Below are positions 47,621-59,489 of a stretch of DNA of 64,000 bases, in pieces; the first letter of the stretch is position 1, and every line of letters starts with the position of its first letter. The stretch is from Selaginella moellendorffii (Eukaryota; Plantae; Lycopodiophyta). The stretch lies in the NCBI RefSeq assembly GCF_000143415.4, contig NW_003314376.1:466156-530155 (forward strand). The letters are read 5' to 3'. The notes beneath the pieces were generated by a model, which searched no databases, was not told the DNA's origin, and saw only the letters and a list, made by a program, of their open reading frames with translations. Both the position numbers and the translations under genes were made by a program.

Positions 47621-49849
47621 GATGTTTTACCATAGAATAACCATAGAGTGGAAGTTTGGACATGTGGGCCAAGGGTAGCTAATCGAAGCATGGAACGACT
47701 CTTGAGCATATAACCTAAAGAGAAAAAAGATAAAAGTATGAAGTAACTTTGGAATAGTTCTAGAGTATCTAACATCCTATTGTTAGAACCAACATGTAAA
47801 ATAGAGTTAAATGGAGTTTGACACCATTTCAGCATACTAGTAGTTTAATGCGAGGACATAAGTACATCACCAACTATATGGTATGGAACTTGGGTTTAAA
47901 CTCAAGTTAGACATAAAACAAAGGTAAACACATAAGTAGGAAGTAGACTATACTTTAGGTTGATCAGCCATATCCAACCTTATTATAAATTTGGAACCCA
48001 CCCCTTATATGTAGCATGCTTTGGGCTTTCATACTAGGAGTTAGTTTTTGGAACAATTATAAAAACTTACTAAATATAGAATGATGTTAGATTGCAAATC
48101 TACAGTCTAAGTACACTTGAAATATTTATTAACTCCACTAACATAAGAGGGTTTGATAAAGAGTCTAGCAATATCAATTTTGCCATCATAGCAATAAAAG
48201 AATATAAAAAAAGACTCACCAATAAGTAATATTGATACCCGCAGTCTCATTCACAACAGTCTTTGAGTGCAGGCCACTCTTGAGCTCATGAGCTAAGAAG
48301 TTGAGCTCACGAGTTGAGTTCAAATTTTAATTGTAATTTAATACAAATTATAAACTTAAATATTAAGGTTGTGGCAAACCTAATAATTTCACAACTCTCT
48401 ACAAATTATATAGATAAAAATGTTCTAAAGAAATATTCTTGTTCTAACAATTTAAATATTAATTATATGCCATAATAGGGATGTTTGTTAGAACATAAAA
48501 TAAGATATTTGCAGAAAAAGTATTCTTGTCACTTCCTTAAATCTATACTCTATACTTTCTGGCTAGTAAATATCAAGTTTGTCAAAATTTAAAAATTATT
48601 AAATTTTAAAAAAAAATTATATAAGACCATATAACCATTTGAAAGGAAAAAACCAACTGTTGATGTAATCTTGTTGTATATAAAATAGAGACTTAGTTTT
48701 TCTCTTGAATACATTTTTAAGGGGTTTGCTATAGTATAGTATTTAGAATTTATAAATCTTCACTTGCACTTTTATTCTAAGAGAGGGAAATATATATAAA
48801 CATCAGTAGGTTCTATTGGTAATTTTAACTTTTGCAATCTTTCTTCCCAGAGTGGTAATTCAAGGGCTAAAAGTTGCAATAGTCGTCCCATTGCACAACA
48901 CAATCAAACCATACAAGAAAAAAAAAAAAGGATAGTGAAGATAGTGATTAAGAGTTGGAAATAAATATAATGACAAAGGGTGCATCAAATTGAGTAAAAA
49001 AGAATGCTCTTATATTTATTTTAGGAAATTGCAATTTTGTGACTTTCAAGAAATGCCTTATATGTTTTTTGGCTTTCAGTGGAAACAATGGCAATGATCA
49101 ATATGATGGTATATATGCTCTCACAACACACCCAAAAGACTACCATGAAATATTTTTTGAGATGCTAAAGACAGAAATTGAGATACATAAGTACTATGGG
49201 CAATATTGTGAAAAGAACACTTGCAAGTATATAAAATGAAAAGTGAAATGAAAAAATGTTTTTTATTAATTATATAGAGTATAATAGAATAAAAATTAAT
49301 AATCTTGGAAGATCTAGTTAACTCCAAAAGTCTTCTGCAACTTAGCGAAAGTAAGGCTTGCTTAATATATATAAATATCCACTTTAGGATCTTAGTGTAA
49401 TATGTTGATGAAGATGTAATACATATACTTGCAAAGAGCATATGCTTTTTCATGTTCCTCACACTTCATGAAATCTAAACATGTGCAAAAAAGAAAGTCT
49501 TAAATGATGATTGTATACTCTTCACCTTTTATTTTGATTATGTACTCCTTTGCAAGCGTAATGATGTACTGTATGGAGAGAATCTCACACTTAAGCATTT
49601 GAGCCAAGTTTATTTTACCATGCTTTTATTTGGAGACAGTATTAATAAATTTAACTACCTTACCTTTTTTTTTCTTGACTTTCTATGTATCTTTGTGGGA
49701 ATAGTCTTGGTTTTGTTACTTATGTCTTCAACTTTCCTCTCAAGATTGAAATTAGATTTCTCAAAGTTTTCAATATCATCTGAGATGAGTGTGGCCCTAT
49801 TAACAACTAACCATTCTTTAGGTATCACATTAGGTTTAGTCACTATAAT

Positions 49850-52800
49850 GTCCTCCTTCCATGTGGCCTGAAGTGGCCTAAAGACATTATAGTGACTAAA
49901 GGCCACTTCATAATGGCAAAATACTTGAGATTTTTGTGATCTGTCCAGACCGTTGTTTGATGGCCCGCCCCCTCCAAGAAACGACGCCACTCTCCAACAG
50001 AATCCACGATGGCAAGGAGCTCCTTGTCGTGGATTTCGTATTTGATCTCCGTAGGTTGGAATTTCCGAGAATGGAAAGTGACTGGGTGAAATTTTTGATC
50101 CGCTCCGAGTTGAGACAGCATAGCATCGATGGCAAAGTCGGAGGTGTCAGCCTCGATGAAGAAAGGTTGTGAGGGATCAGCGTGAATCAAAACAAGAGTA
50201 GAACTGAAGGCCGCCTTGAGTGTGTTGAAGGCTTGCTGGGCAATAGCAAACCAAGAGAAGGGAACATCTTTGCGAGTGAGATGTGCGAGAGGAAGGACAA
50301 TGTCAAAGTAGTGATCAATGAATTTGCGGTAGAAGTTGGCAAAGCCAAGGAAAACCTAAACGTCTGACATTGATTGTGGAGGCTCCCATTCAAGAATAGT
50401 CTTGACTTTGGTAGGATCCATCGTGATACCCTCAGGAGTGACAATGTACCCAAGGAACTCCACAGACTCCTGATCAAAGGAACATTTCTCAAGCTTCGCA
50501 TATAGGCTATGTTCCCGCAGCTTCGCTAGCACCTTGCACACATGCTCGTCATGCTCCTCCTAAGTTTTTGAGTAGATGAGGATGTCATCAAGGTAGACAA
50601 TCACTATCTGATCAAGAAACTCCCGAAAGACATCATTTGCCATGTGTTGGAAAACTGCTAGAGCATTTGTCAAGCCAAATGGCATGACAGTGTACTCAAA
50701 ATGGCCATAGTGGGTTCGGAACGCAGTCTTCCATTCATCACCAAGCTGGATCCAGATTAGATTGTATGCTCCACGGAGGTCGATTTTGGTGAAGAAGCGA
50801 GCATTGCCAAGGCGTTCCAATAGGTCCGAGATCAGGGGTAGTGGATAATGGTTCTGAACAGTTACCTTGTTCAAATCTCGGTAGTTGATGATTAGCCACA
50901 AACTCCCATCCTTCTTCTTGACAAAGAAGACAAGTGCTCCAGCCAGGGACTCCAAATGTTGAATATACCCCGAGGCAAGGTTCTCATCCATGTACTCTTT
51001 GAGGGCCTTAAGCTCGGACGGGGATAACCCGTAGATAGGCCCCCACAAAGGTGACGTTCCTTCTTGTAACTCAATGGGACAGTCATAAGGCCGATGAACA
51101 GGTAGTACACTAGCTTTTTTCTTGTCAAACACATCCCCAAAATCATGATACTTCTTAAGAAGACTAACAAGAGAAACATGCAAAGCAAAAAGGAAAATAG
51201 ATTCTTCATGAAGGAGTTTTTTCATAGTGATTCTGGAGATAGAAGGAGGTGTACAACTAAATGGAATGATGATACGAGGATACTATCCAGTGTAAGATGG
51301 AAGAGAGGAAAAAGAAGAGGGTGAAAACTTCATAGAGTTAGGAACAAAACCCCGATTTGAGTTTAGGGAACTTTTCTTGATTCGGACTCGATGAACAGCA
51401 GAAGAAGCCGTGGGAGATGGTGATGTGGTTGAGACGAGCCATAATTTCTTCCAATAGATCTGAAGTTGATGTAGTTGGAACCAAGGAAAGCCAAGCATCA
51501 CAAAGGAGGACTTGCTGTTGATGACGTTGAAGGCAATATCGATGATGGTGGACCCGATGTGTACTCGAACGGGTAACGTTTCCCTAATTCCAGAAGATAG
51601 AGACACAAAATGCCCGCTAATGCCTTCAACCCTCAGATCCCATATGGTAGGAGAAAGAGGAACGTGAAGTCGGGTAGCAAAGTCCGTGTCCATGAAGCAG
51701 GAAGTTGCACCCGAGTCCAGTAGTGCCAGAGCCTTGAGTCCTAATTGTCCAATGAAAGAAAGGAGACATAGGATGCGGAAGTTGCAGGAATTGGTGGTGG
51801 CTTTGATAAAAGGTGGTGAGGAGCTTGATAAAGAAGAAAAGTGATTTTTATTCGGGGAGTCCAAACAGACAACTCCTACTCTATTTGGACAGTGTCATTT
51901 CCCGATTGTAACAGAGGTGGACTTTGAGGCAGAGTGAACTCAAGTAGTCGGGGAAGCTTCTTGGGACACACAGTTGCTTTGTGATTAGGATCAGCACAGT
52001 AGAGGCAAAGATTATGAGATATTCGACGTTGCTTCTCAGCAGGACTCAATTTCCCTCTAATGAGTCGGGGAGTACCAGAAATATCCATCAGGACCGGAGC
52101 AGTAGGTTCAGGAGTATGCCCCGAAGACTCAAGCTAGGATTCTTGAGTCTGGGACGGGAAAATGGCAGCGCGGCGACTTTCCTGATGACATTCAAAGAGA
52201 CGATTGTCACATCGAACAACTTTGTTGATGGCGTCTGATAGATCCGTGGGATCCTCTATGGTGAGCAACAAATCCTTGACACTATTATTGAGGCTAAAAT
52301 GAAATTGATCAATCAAGGCCCACTCATCCCACTGAGTGTCCAAAGCAAGGAGTTGGAACTTTGCAGCATAGATCAATGCAGGATGAGACCCTTAAGAGAG
52401 ACGTCTCATCTTTGTGGTGGCAACTCAAACCCGATCTGTGTCGCCAAAACATACTTCAAGCTTCTCTTTGAACAATTGAAGATCCATCAGCTCCGGAACC
52501 ACGACCCCTTTCATGCTCTTTTCCAAGAGAGGAGAAAACTATGACAAAGCTACACCTTTGAGCAACGTCCTAATTGCGCCGATTTGAGACTCAAGAGTGG
52601 GGTACCGCTGATGTTGAAGTGCGAAGATCAGCTCTATCTAGTTCAGGAATCCGCGAAGCTCCGAATGCTTGCTTAAAAATTTTGCCGGGAAACTCACTTT
52701 CAGTTCAAGAACCTTGCTGGATCCTTGAGCCGAAAGTGAAGCAAGCTCCTACTGCATGCGAAGAAGGGTCACCTTCAGCTCAGTATTCTCAGACTGGATT

Positions 52801-53359
52801 TTTGCAAGGACTTTGGCAAAGAAATCAGGATGGCTTGGAGACTCCATCAGCAAAGAAGAAAGAAAAAGGGGGAAAAAAGACAAAGGCAGTCAAACAATCA
52901 AAACGAGTTAAAGTAAAAAATGAAAAAAACACAATCTGAATCAAACTGTCAAAACCCTCAACAAGATCAAAACTGAAAAATGCAGAAGACAAAGAGAAAA
53001 GTTAGTGGAAACGAAGAAAAAGCCTTAGACTGGCGTTGATTCAGATTGTGGAAAAATGGTACAAGGCTAACCTATATATATTATAGGTTGATGAAGCTCC
53101 ACCACTTTTGGATCGAGGACGGCCTAAATATAGCTAAGGTCGAGGAGGCACCACATCATCATCAGGAATGTGGCTCGAGACTTAGGAATCGTACGGGAAA
53201 TCAGAGAGTGAGGAATAGGGAAGTGTCTCGAGAGTCAGGAATAAGGAAGTGTCTCGAGAGTCAGGAATAGAGAAGTATCTCAAGAGTCAGGAATGTGGTC
53301 TGTAAGTCAGGAATCCGGCGAGAGTCAGGAATGTGGCAAAAATTGGGGGATTCCTGACA
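49850..53359 (-). mobile_element. 3'-truncated Ty3/gypsy (chromovirus/Tf1-Tcn1-like) LTR retrotransposon: 5' LTR, gag, PR, RT, RNase H; no integrase or 3' LTR
   Basis: Gag with CLYCADPNHKATVC zinc knuckle; protease ALLDSGA; RT FTKIDLRGAYN...MPFGLTNA...VYLDDILIYS; RNase H ADTSDFAI..MLSQ...YEIHDKELLAIV...VWTDHKNL. There is a premature TAG at 50560-50562 and several frameshifts. Confidence 0.93.
52947..53359 (-). repeat. 5' LTR (413 bp) with TGTCA...TGACA termini, internal gagtcaggaat tandem repeats and TATA box (53073-53085)
   Basis: 5-bp terminal inverted repeats at 52947-52951 and 53355-53359. It lies directly upstream of the PBS and gag. Confidence 0.8.
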
Positions 53360-53839
53360 GTGCATAATGATTTGCATCACATGTCATTTTATAAAGTTTT
53401 GATGGATTAGCAATGCATTAGAGCCTTACTCCATAACTATTTCAATTCTACAAAACTATCCTTTTATGGCTTCTTCCACTTAAATAACACATTTTTATGC
53501 TACAAACTTGCATTAGAAATGTCAATAATAACTAGCCATACTAAAAATATTATGTAACTCGATCACTAAAGTTAGTGTATGCTAACTTTCTATCACAACC
53601 ACCTTCCTTAAATTTGTCTTAACACCCTTAAATGTTATACTACTCCACTATAAGCAACCAAAGAGAACAACTTGAAAAGCGATCCATGAAGTTCAAATAT
53701 AGAGGGAAAGGGTCCATAAATAAAAGTGCACCCTTTTTTACAATTAGTTAAGGGTCTTGGGGTAGTTGGGGTTAAGCGTGCTTGGGTTTGAATAGTATTG
53801 AGCTGGGTGACTTTCTGAGAAGTCCAAATTTAAGAGGTT

Positions 53840-55500
53840 ACATCCACCTTTAACTTTGCAAATTTATATTTGCATTTCTTCATATAAGGTTTGTGACAAT
53901 ATAACTTATGCTCCATATAATTGCTTAAAATAAGAATATCATTCAAAAAAATCTCCACAAACTCGTGAAGATAATACCTAAACACCTCCATCATCAACAA
54001 AGTAAATATGGCTGGTGCATTCCTCAAATCAAATGGCATAATTATGAATTTAAAATGTTTAAAGCTCATATTGAATACCATCTTGGAAATATATATGTCA
54101 TTTATTGCAATTTGATGATATCCACTCTTTATATTAGTCTTGATAAACATTTGGGCTTCATCAAACTTGTCTAAAGTATCATCCATATGTGGTATTAGTA
54201 TGTTATCCTTCACTATTTTTTTATTCAAAGTATATATTGAGCCATCCTTCTTTACAAGCAAAACCAATGTGCCAAAAAAAGATATACTTAACTAAATAAA
54301 TCTAAACTCAAGTAATTGAAATGCTAAATAGAGGTTGTTGCACCTTTTATCATTAAGGCATACTCTTCAATAAACTTTGCTAAAACAAAGTTGTCAACAC
54401 TCTTACTATCTAATAAACTTTCACTAGACCACCACAAAACACACTCTTCAGCATTAAAGTTAATGCAAAAGTGTGTTTAACCTCTATTTTATTCCATATA
54501 GACAAGTAAGGATTAAAAATCTCTTCATTCAACTAGAACAATCTTCTTTATCATCCTCATGTTGCAAAGTTTTGCAACTCTCCAACTTACCATCACTAGA
54601 AGATTAATAATTTTTCTTACTCTACTATTTGTTCTTCAGTTATGGATAATAAGCTTTGTAGTGTTCAATCTCACCACAATAGTGTATAATTCTTTACAAA
54701 GAACTTTAGTTTTTTTGACCCCTTCACATCCAAAGTAGCCATCACAAATTTCAACTTATGATATTTGTTCTTATCTTTGTATTCACAACAATCATCATAA
54801 TGATTCTTGACTAAAGGACTCCTCAAATGCTTGTGAGACCTATGCTTATCATTGTCAAGTCTATTAAAGAGCGCCTGTAAAGTTTTTATAGGTTGGGAGT
54901 AATGCAAATCTAATCAAGCAAGTAAGGTTCTTAATAGTGTTATTTTCCCTTGCTGAAAATGTCAAAGTTCCCTGTGAGCATTCTTTATGTTATAGTGAGG
55001 GGTAAAACATAAATAATAAGCAACCTTAAACTCATCTATAGTAGACACTACTGATTTCTTGTTTGCAATATGAAACTCCTCAAGTTAATTCCACCATCAA
55101 AGACTTGCATCACACAAACCTTTAAAATAGCCATTAACATCTGGAGTTCCTCTACCAACCAAGAACTTCTTCATATTAGCTAACCAAGCTAAACATTTGT
55201 TCACACCATTATCACTGGAAAAAGTTGAAATCTTGAGTTAATCCACCAAGAAAGTTTTACTTGGATCACCATCACTACTAGCTTCAAGTCCCTCAACACA
55301 CTTGTTAGCCATTATGCCATACATTGCCTTTTGCATGTTTTGTTGATTTTTATTGAAGGTTCCTAGTTTATGAATAACATCATAGATAGTCTAAACCTTT
55401 GTAACTCTATCAACATCACCATTAACACTACTATCAACAATAAAATTCCAACATTCATCTTGGTTAACCATTGCAACCAACTCCTTTAATACTAATGTTA
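53840..55500 (-). mobile_element. Older degenerate gypsy remnant (RT and probable gag)
   Basis: ORF 53830-54267: KKDGS...NIKSGYHQI...MPFDLRNAPAIF..LM.EVF...FVEIFLNDILILS. Confidence 0.75.
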
Positions 55501-55779
55501 TAATCTTGTGCTAAATAACAAAGGCAAAGAGGTCAACTAGACTATGTTATACCTTTTTTTAAGGTTCCTCACCACTCAACCACCCCAAGTTACCTCAAAA
55601 GCTCCACCACACCACCACTCAATTGTGAGCCCCTTAAGTTAAAGAAAAGATGATGGAAACTTCAACTTATAGTCAAGCATAAAAATCTCTAAACTTTAAT
55701 AGCTGTTAGGCAACAATATAAATTTAGGGTAAAGCATTTTTTTTCAATAACTATTATTTAGGAAGTCAACTATTTTATT

Positions 55780-56470
55780 GATATATGGCACATATTTTAA
55801 TTATAAAATTATTCAAAAGTTGGCAACTCAACAGCTAGTTGATGGTTTAAATACTACTCCATCACCCCTTATATTTAAGCCATCTACTATTGAAAGTAAG
55901 CAACAATATCTTCCATTTCTAAAGGTGGCAACATATCAAGGTGAAAGTCTTGGTCATTTTGGCCTTTGTGAGGCTGAGATAAAGTTGACATTAGAAGTCA
56001 TATATTATCACCTTCATAGACAACTGTTGTCAAATTTTTAACAGGGAAAACTGAGGCTTTGTATGAGTTTAAACTTTATTGTGCCAAAGCTTTCAAGTAT
56101 TTTCACTCAGATGGTTGTGAAGAGTATATGTTACAAGCTTTTCTGAATTATTAGATCAAACACTAATTCACTATAGTTTATACTCCACAGTACAATGAAG
56201 TAGGTGAGCATATGAATTGAACTTATTGAGACTAGATGTACTATGCCTTATGTTGCTAGATTGCCTAAAAGTTTCTAAACTCTACAACACTATGTTCTTA
56301 CTACTGCCGTAAAAGGATCAACCCTCTCTGTCAATTTCGTTGTATTGCCTATGCTAGTAAACTTTGGCTCAAGTTTGATTCAAAAATACAAAAGTCTATT
56401 TTAATGAGATATAGTTTTGATATTAAAAATTATTTCTTAAGCTAAATATTATTTTCAATGAGTAACATGT
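55780..56470 (+). mobile_element. Degenerate Ty1/copia integrase-region remnant
   Basis: SDG.EEY (~56107-56130) and TPQYN.V.E.MN (~56182-56220) motifs with stops. Confidence 0.5.
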
Positions 56471-56480
56471 TTCTAAGAGT

Positions 56481-56605
56481 TGATATTTCTGGTCAACTAT
56501 AGTCAACAGAGTCTGCATCTGAGGATGCAATTGATGATGATTCATCACAATTGTGATGAATCAATGAATTTTGACTCTGTTGACTATAGTTGACCAGCAA
56601 TATCA
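56481..56605. repeat. 33-bp inverted repeat (1 mismatch) enclosing a perfect 26-bp palindrome
   Basis: Arms at 56481-56513 and 56573-56605; palindrome tgattcatcacaattgtgatgaatca at 56538-56563. Confidence 0.9.
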
Positions 56606-57003
56606 CCATCAATTGCCACACACACCACATCTTCAAGGAGCACAACTCCATGTTATGACATCAACTACCAACTCAGTAGTCCATGCCATATGAACATATT
56701 GCACCAAATCCCTATCTCCCCAAGGAATGGTAGGAAGTTGTTATCAGAGGTGGTCATATTATCTACAGTTGCAAAGGACATGGAAAACATCCTCAACTTG
56801 GGAAAAGTTGCAAACTTGGCAAAGGTGAAGATAAACTCAAAGCCCATCTCAACATAGGTGGTGCTTATCACATCTGTATGTGGCAACATTGACCTTAGAC
56901 CAACTCGGCCATCTCAACTTCTTGTTTAATATTAATCTCGTGCCAACTTTCACGTAAATTTATTCATCGTGACAAAATTTGTAACAAAGATACAAAGATC
57001 TTG

Positions 57004-57780
57004 TCATGGAAAGCTTGTGTCAATCCTGTGATGGATGGGTTTGCGACCAGTCGGAGCGTTTCTCTCCGGCTCAACATTTATCATCTCGTTCTTGTCACCA
57101 CGATTGATCGCGAGCGTGTGCGGAAATACCGATCCCTCACCAGCAGAGAGGGAATCCGGGAACAAAGATGGAGCTGGATGCCCGTTCCTGATCATCGCTT
57201 TCTGGCAGGCCAAAGACGAGGAGAGCTCTTGAGGCGGTGGAGGAGTGGGACCAGCGAAGCCATTGTAATGGGGATCACAGTAATCATCAAACATGGGACC
57301 GATGCTTTGTGGAGCCGGAGACGCACCGATTTGCCCCGCGTCGTCCTTCGCAATGCTGCCCTGGTACTGCTTTGGGTCGGATACGGTGCCGCTTGGAACT
57401 TCTCTTGGCTCATGCTTCACAAGCTCAGCGCCGGTTTGAAACAACTTTCTGGGCACTCCTCGCTCCTGATGGAGGCAAAATCGTTTAACACAGAGCCATT
57501 CCCTGGTTAGAAGACAGAAAAGAGAGATTTATCATTGAAAGCCTTGCCTTGGGACCAAGAAGAGAGCGATCGAGCGATGCAGTCGCAGTGGAAGCGGTCG
57601 CAATAGAAGCGCCCAGAAGCAGCATTGAGACGATACTGACAATCGTGAACATCTTTCTCCGGCCATGATCATCAGAAAGAGAATGAGAAGGAAAAAAAAT
57701 CTCTCTAGCAAGCGGTGTTTAGCATGGCTGCTTGGAGAAAAGCCACTTGTGTGTGCTTCACGTCGATTATCTTCGACCAT
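57004..57780 (-). CDS. Putative secreted multi-motif peptide precursor (two CLE-like motifs plus PSY-like DY motif); tentative exons 57780-57548 and 57502-57004 (~243 aa)
   Basis: Hydrophobic FFFLLILFLMIMAG near the N-terminus. Two same-frame ORFs are joinable by a 45-nt AG|GCAAG...CTAACCAG GC-AG intron. Contains RKLF, REVPSGTVSDPKQY, DYCDPHYNGFAGPTPPPP and RNAPTGRKPIHH. The 5' structure is uncertain. Confidence 0.6.
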
Positions 57781-58456
57781 GGATTGATCTCAGTCGCTCA
57801 GGATAGTTTGGGAGAGCTCAAGATCTGATGAACAACATGCTATTTCTCCCTCATGAGGCTCCAGCCAGAAGCTCCGTCGCCATATCCTTAGAGCAATGTT
57901 GTCCAAATTGCTATTACTGTAGGGATTCACGACATTAAATACTCTCCGTTTGCTTCGGGGTTTGGATCTTGCCCTAAGAAATCAGCATAAAGTTGACAAA
58001 GAATTCTTGAGTTCAGACTTGAATGCGCGTTCTGAATGCTGCCTGGGTTGTCCAGTCCAATTGCGCGTTCTGACATGTGGATAATGCTCCAGCGATATCA
58101 ACGTGCATGCTACCGCTTTACAAATGTACTTCCAATGGATCCTAAGTTATATCTCAACCAGAACACGATCCATATAAAGAAGGATACAATAGAATTATGA
58201 AATCAAAGTTCTCTCCCGAGTACAAATCAATCATGGAGCTACCCAAAGTCCACTCAAATCACAATGCAGCTAAGTATGTACCAAGAACATAGAAAAGTGC
58301 AAGTGTGTATGTGTGTCTAGTGTGCGTGAGGAGAGAGCAAAAATTGAATGATATACCTGAGAGGTGGTACCACCACCATCACCACCAAAGAGAATTTCCA
58401 TTTCCATCCATCTCCTCCCTGTGATCCATCCCCAAAATCTCCAAAAGAATCGGACA

Positions 58457-59182
58457 CTACCAAAGAAGAGCAAAGCCCACAATCGAGCTCCCTAGCAGCA
58501 GTGTCGAGGCAAGAATTCGAGGAGCGCTGGATTGGTCCGAGGCAGATCCAGGCGACCTGGTGGATGCGGGAGTGGCAGCCGCGAGACCGGGAGCCGGGGC
58601 AAGGATCGGTGCTGGAGCCACTGGAACTGGCGCTGGAGCTGGGACCGTGCCTGGCGGAGGAGCTGGGGTGGGAGCTTGCGGAAGAACTCCATTGGGAGTG
58701 AGTGGCTTGTCCACCTCCACAATGCTGAGGTTGTAGCCGATCTGCTTGACGCTCTTGACGATGGTGGTGTTGGATCCGGACATGACGATGTCGAGGCCGG
58801 CCTTGGTGTTGGTGAGATTGGCCGTGCCGTCCTGCCCGGGGGCCTTGCCGGTGGTCTGGTAGAGCGACGTGATCTGCTGATCCTCGTTCTTCACGGCGGG
58901 ATTGATGTATGTGAGGAAGATGTGGACGCGGATGATGTCGATGAGCTGCTTCTCAGTGGCGGTCTGGCCCAGGCTGCCGCGGAGCTGATCGATCTTGGAG
59001 TTGGGAATAACAGCGACGGTGATGGAGTTTCTGGTGTTGACGTCGCTGGCGAGGCCGGATTTCGTGAGCAAATCGTTGAACTCGGAGTAGTCGGGTTCTT
59101 TCTGGAGCTCCTCGGTGACGTTGAATGCCGCGGCGGTGGCCGCGACGGCGAGGAGAAGCGCCATAGCTAGCGGGATCTTCAT
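58457..59182 (-). CDS. FLA: Fasciclin-like arabinogalactan protein (single FAS1, GPI-anchored)
   Basis: Signal peptide; FNVT..L...PDYSEFN.LL..SGLA..VN.R.SITV (FAS1 H1); YNLSIVEVDKPL (H2); AP/TP/VP-rich AGP region; C-terminal hydrophobic GPI signal. Confidence 0.93.
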   Translation of the reverse strand: MKIPLAMALLLAVAATAAAFNVTEELQKEPDYSEFNDLLTKSGLASDVNTRNSITVAVIPNSKIDQLRGSLGQTATEKQLIDIIRVHIFLTYINPAVKNEDQQITSLYQTTGKAPGQDGTANLTNTKAGLDIVMSGSNTTIVKSVKQIGYNLSIVEVDKPLTPNGVLPQAPTPAPPPGTVPAPAPVPVAPAPILAPAPGLAAATPASTRSPGSASDQSSAPRILASTLLLGSSIVGFALLW

Positions 59183-59489
59183 CTTGCCGAAATCTGGGAA
59201 AAAGAAGAGCGCGGGGGTGAGAAATCCTCGAAATCTGGCCGGGGAATCACGAAATCTAAGCTACATTCTGGCTAGAACGCTGGAAGGGCTCCAGATCTAA
59301 CCTGCATTGCTTGCAATGCAGGAGATTTGGAGGGATTTCCCAACAGCGAGAGATTACCAGATACAAGGAGACCGGAATATCGATCGATGCGCGCCGCGGA
59401 GCCGAAGAGATCCAAGTGAAGCGATAGTGCAACCCCTGCTCCTGGCTATTAAAACCCCCAAGCTCAAGAACACACGCCCTAGAAATAAT

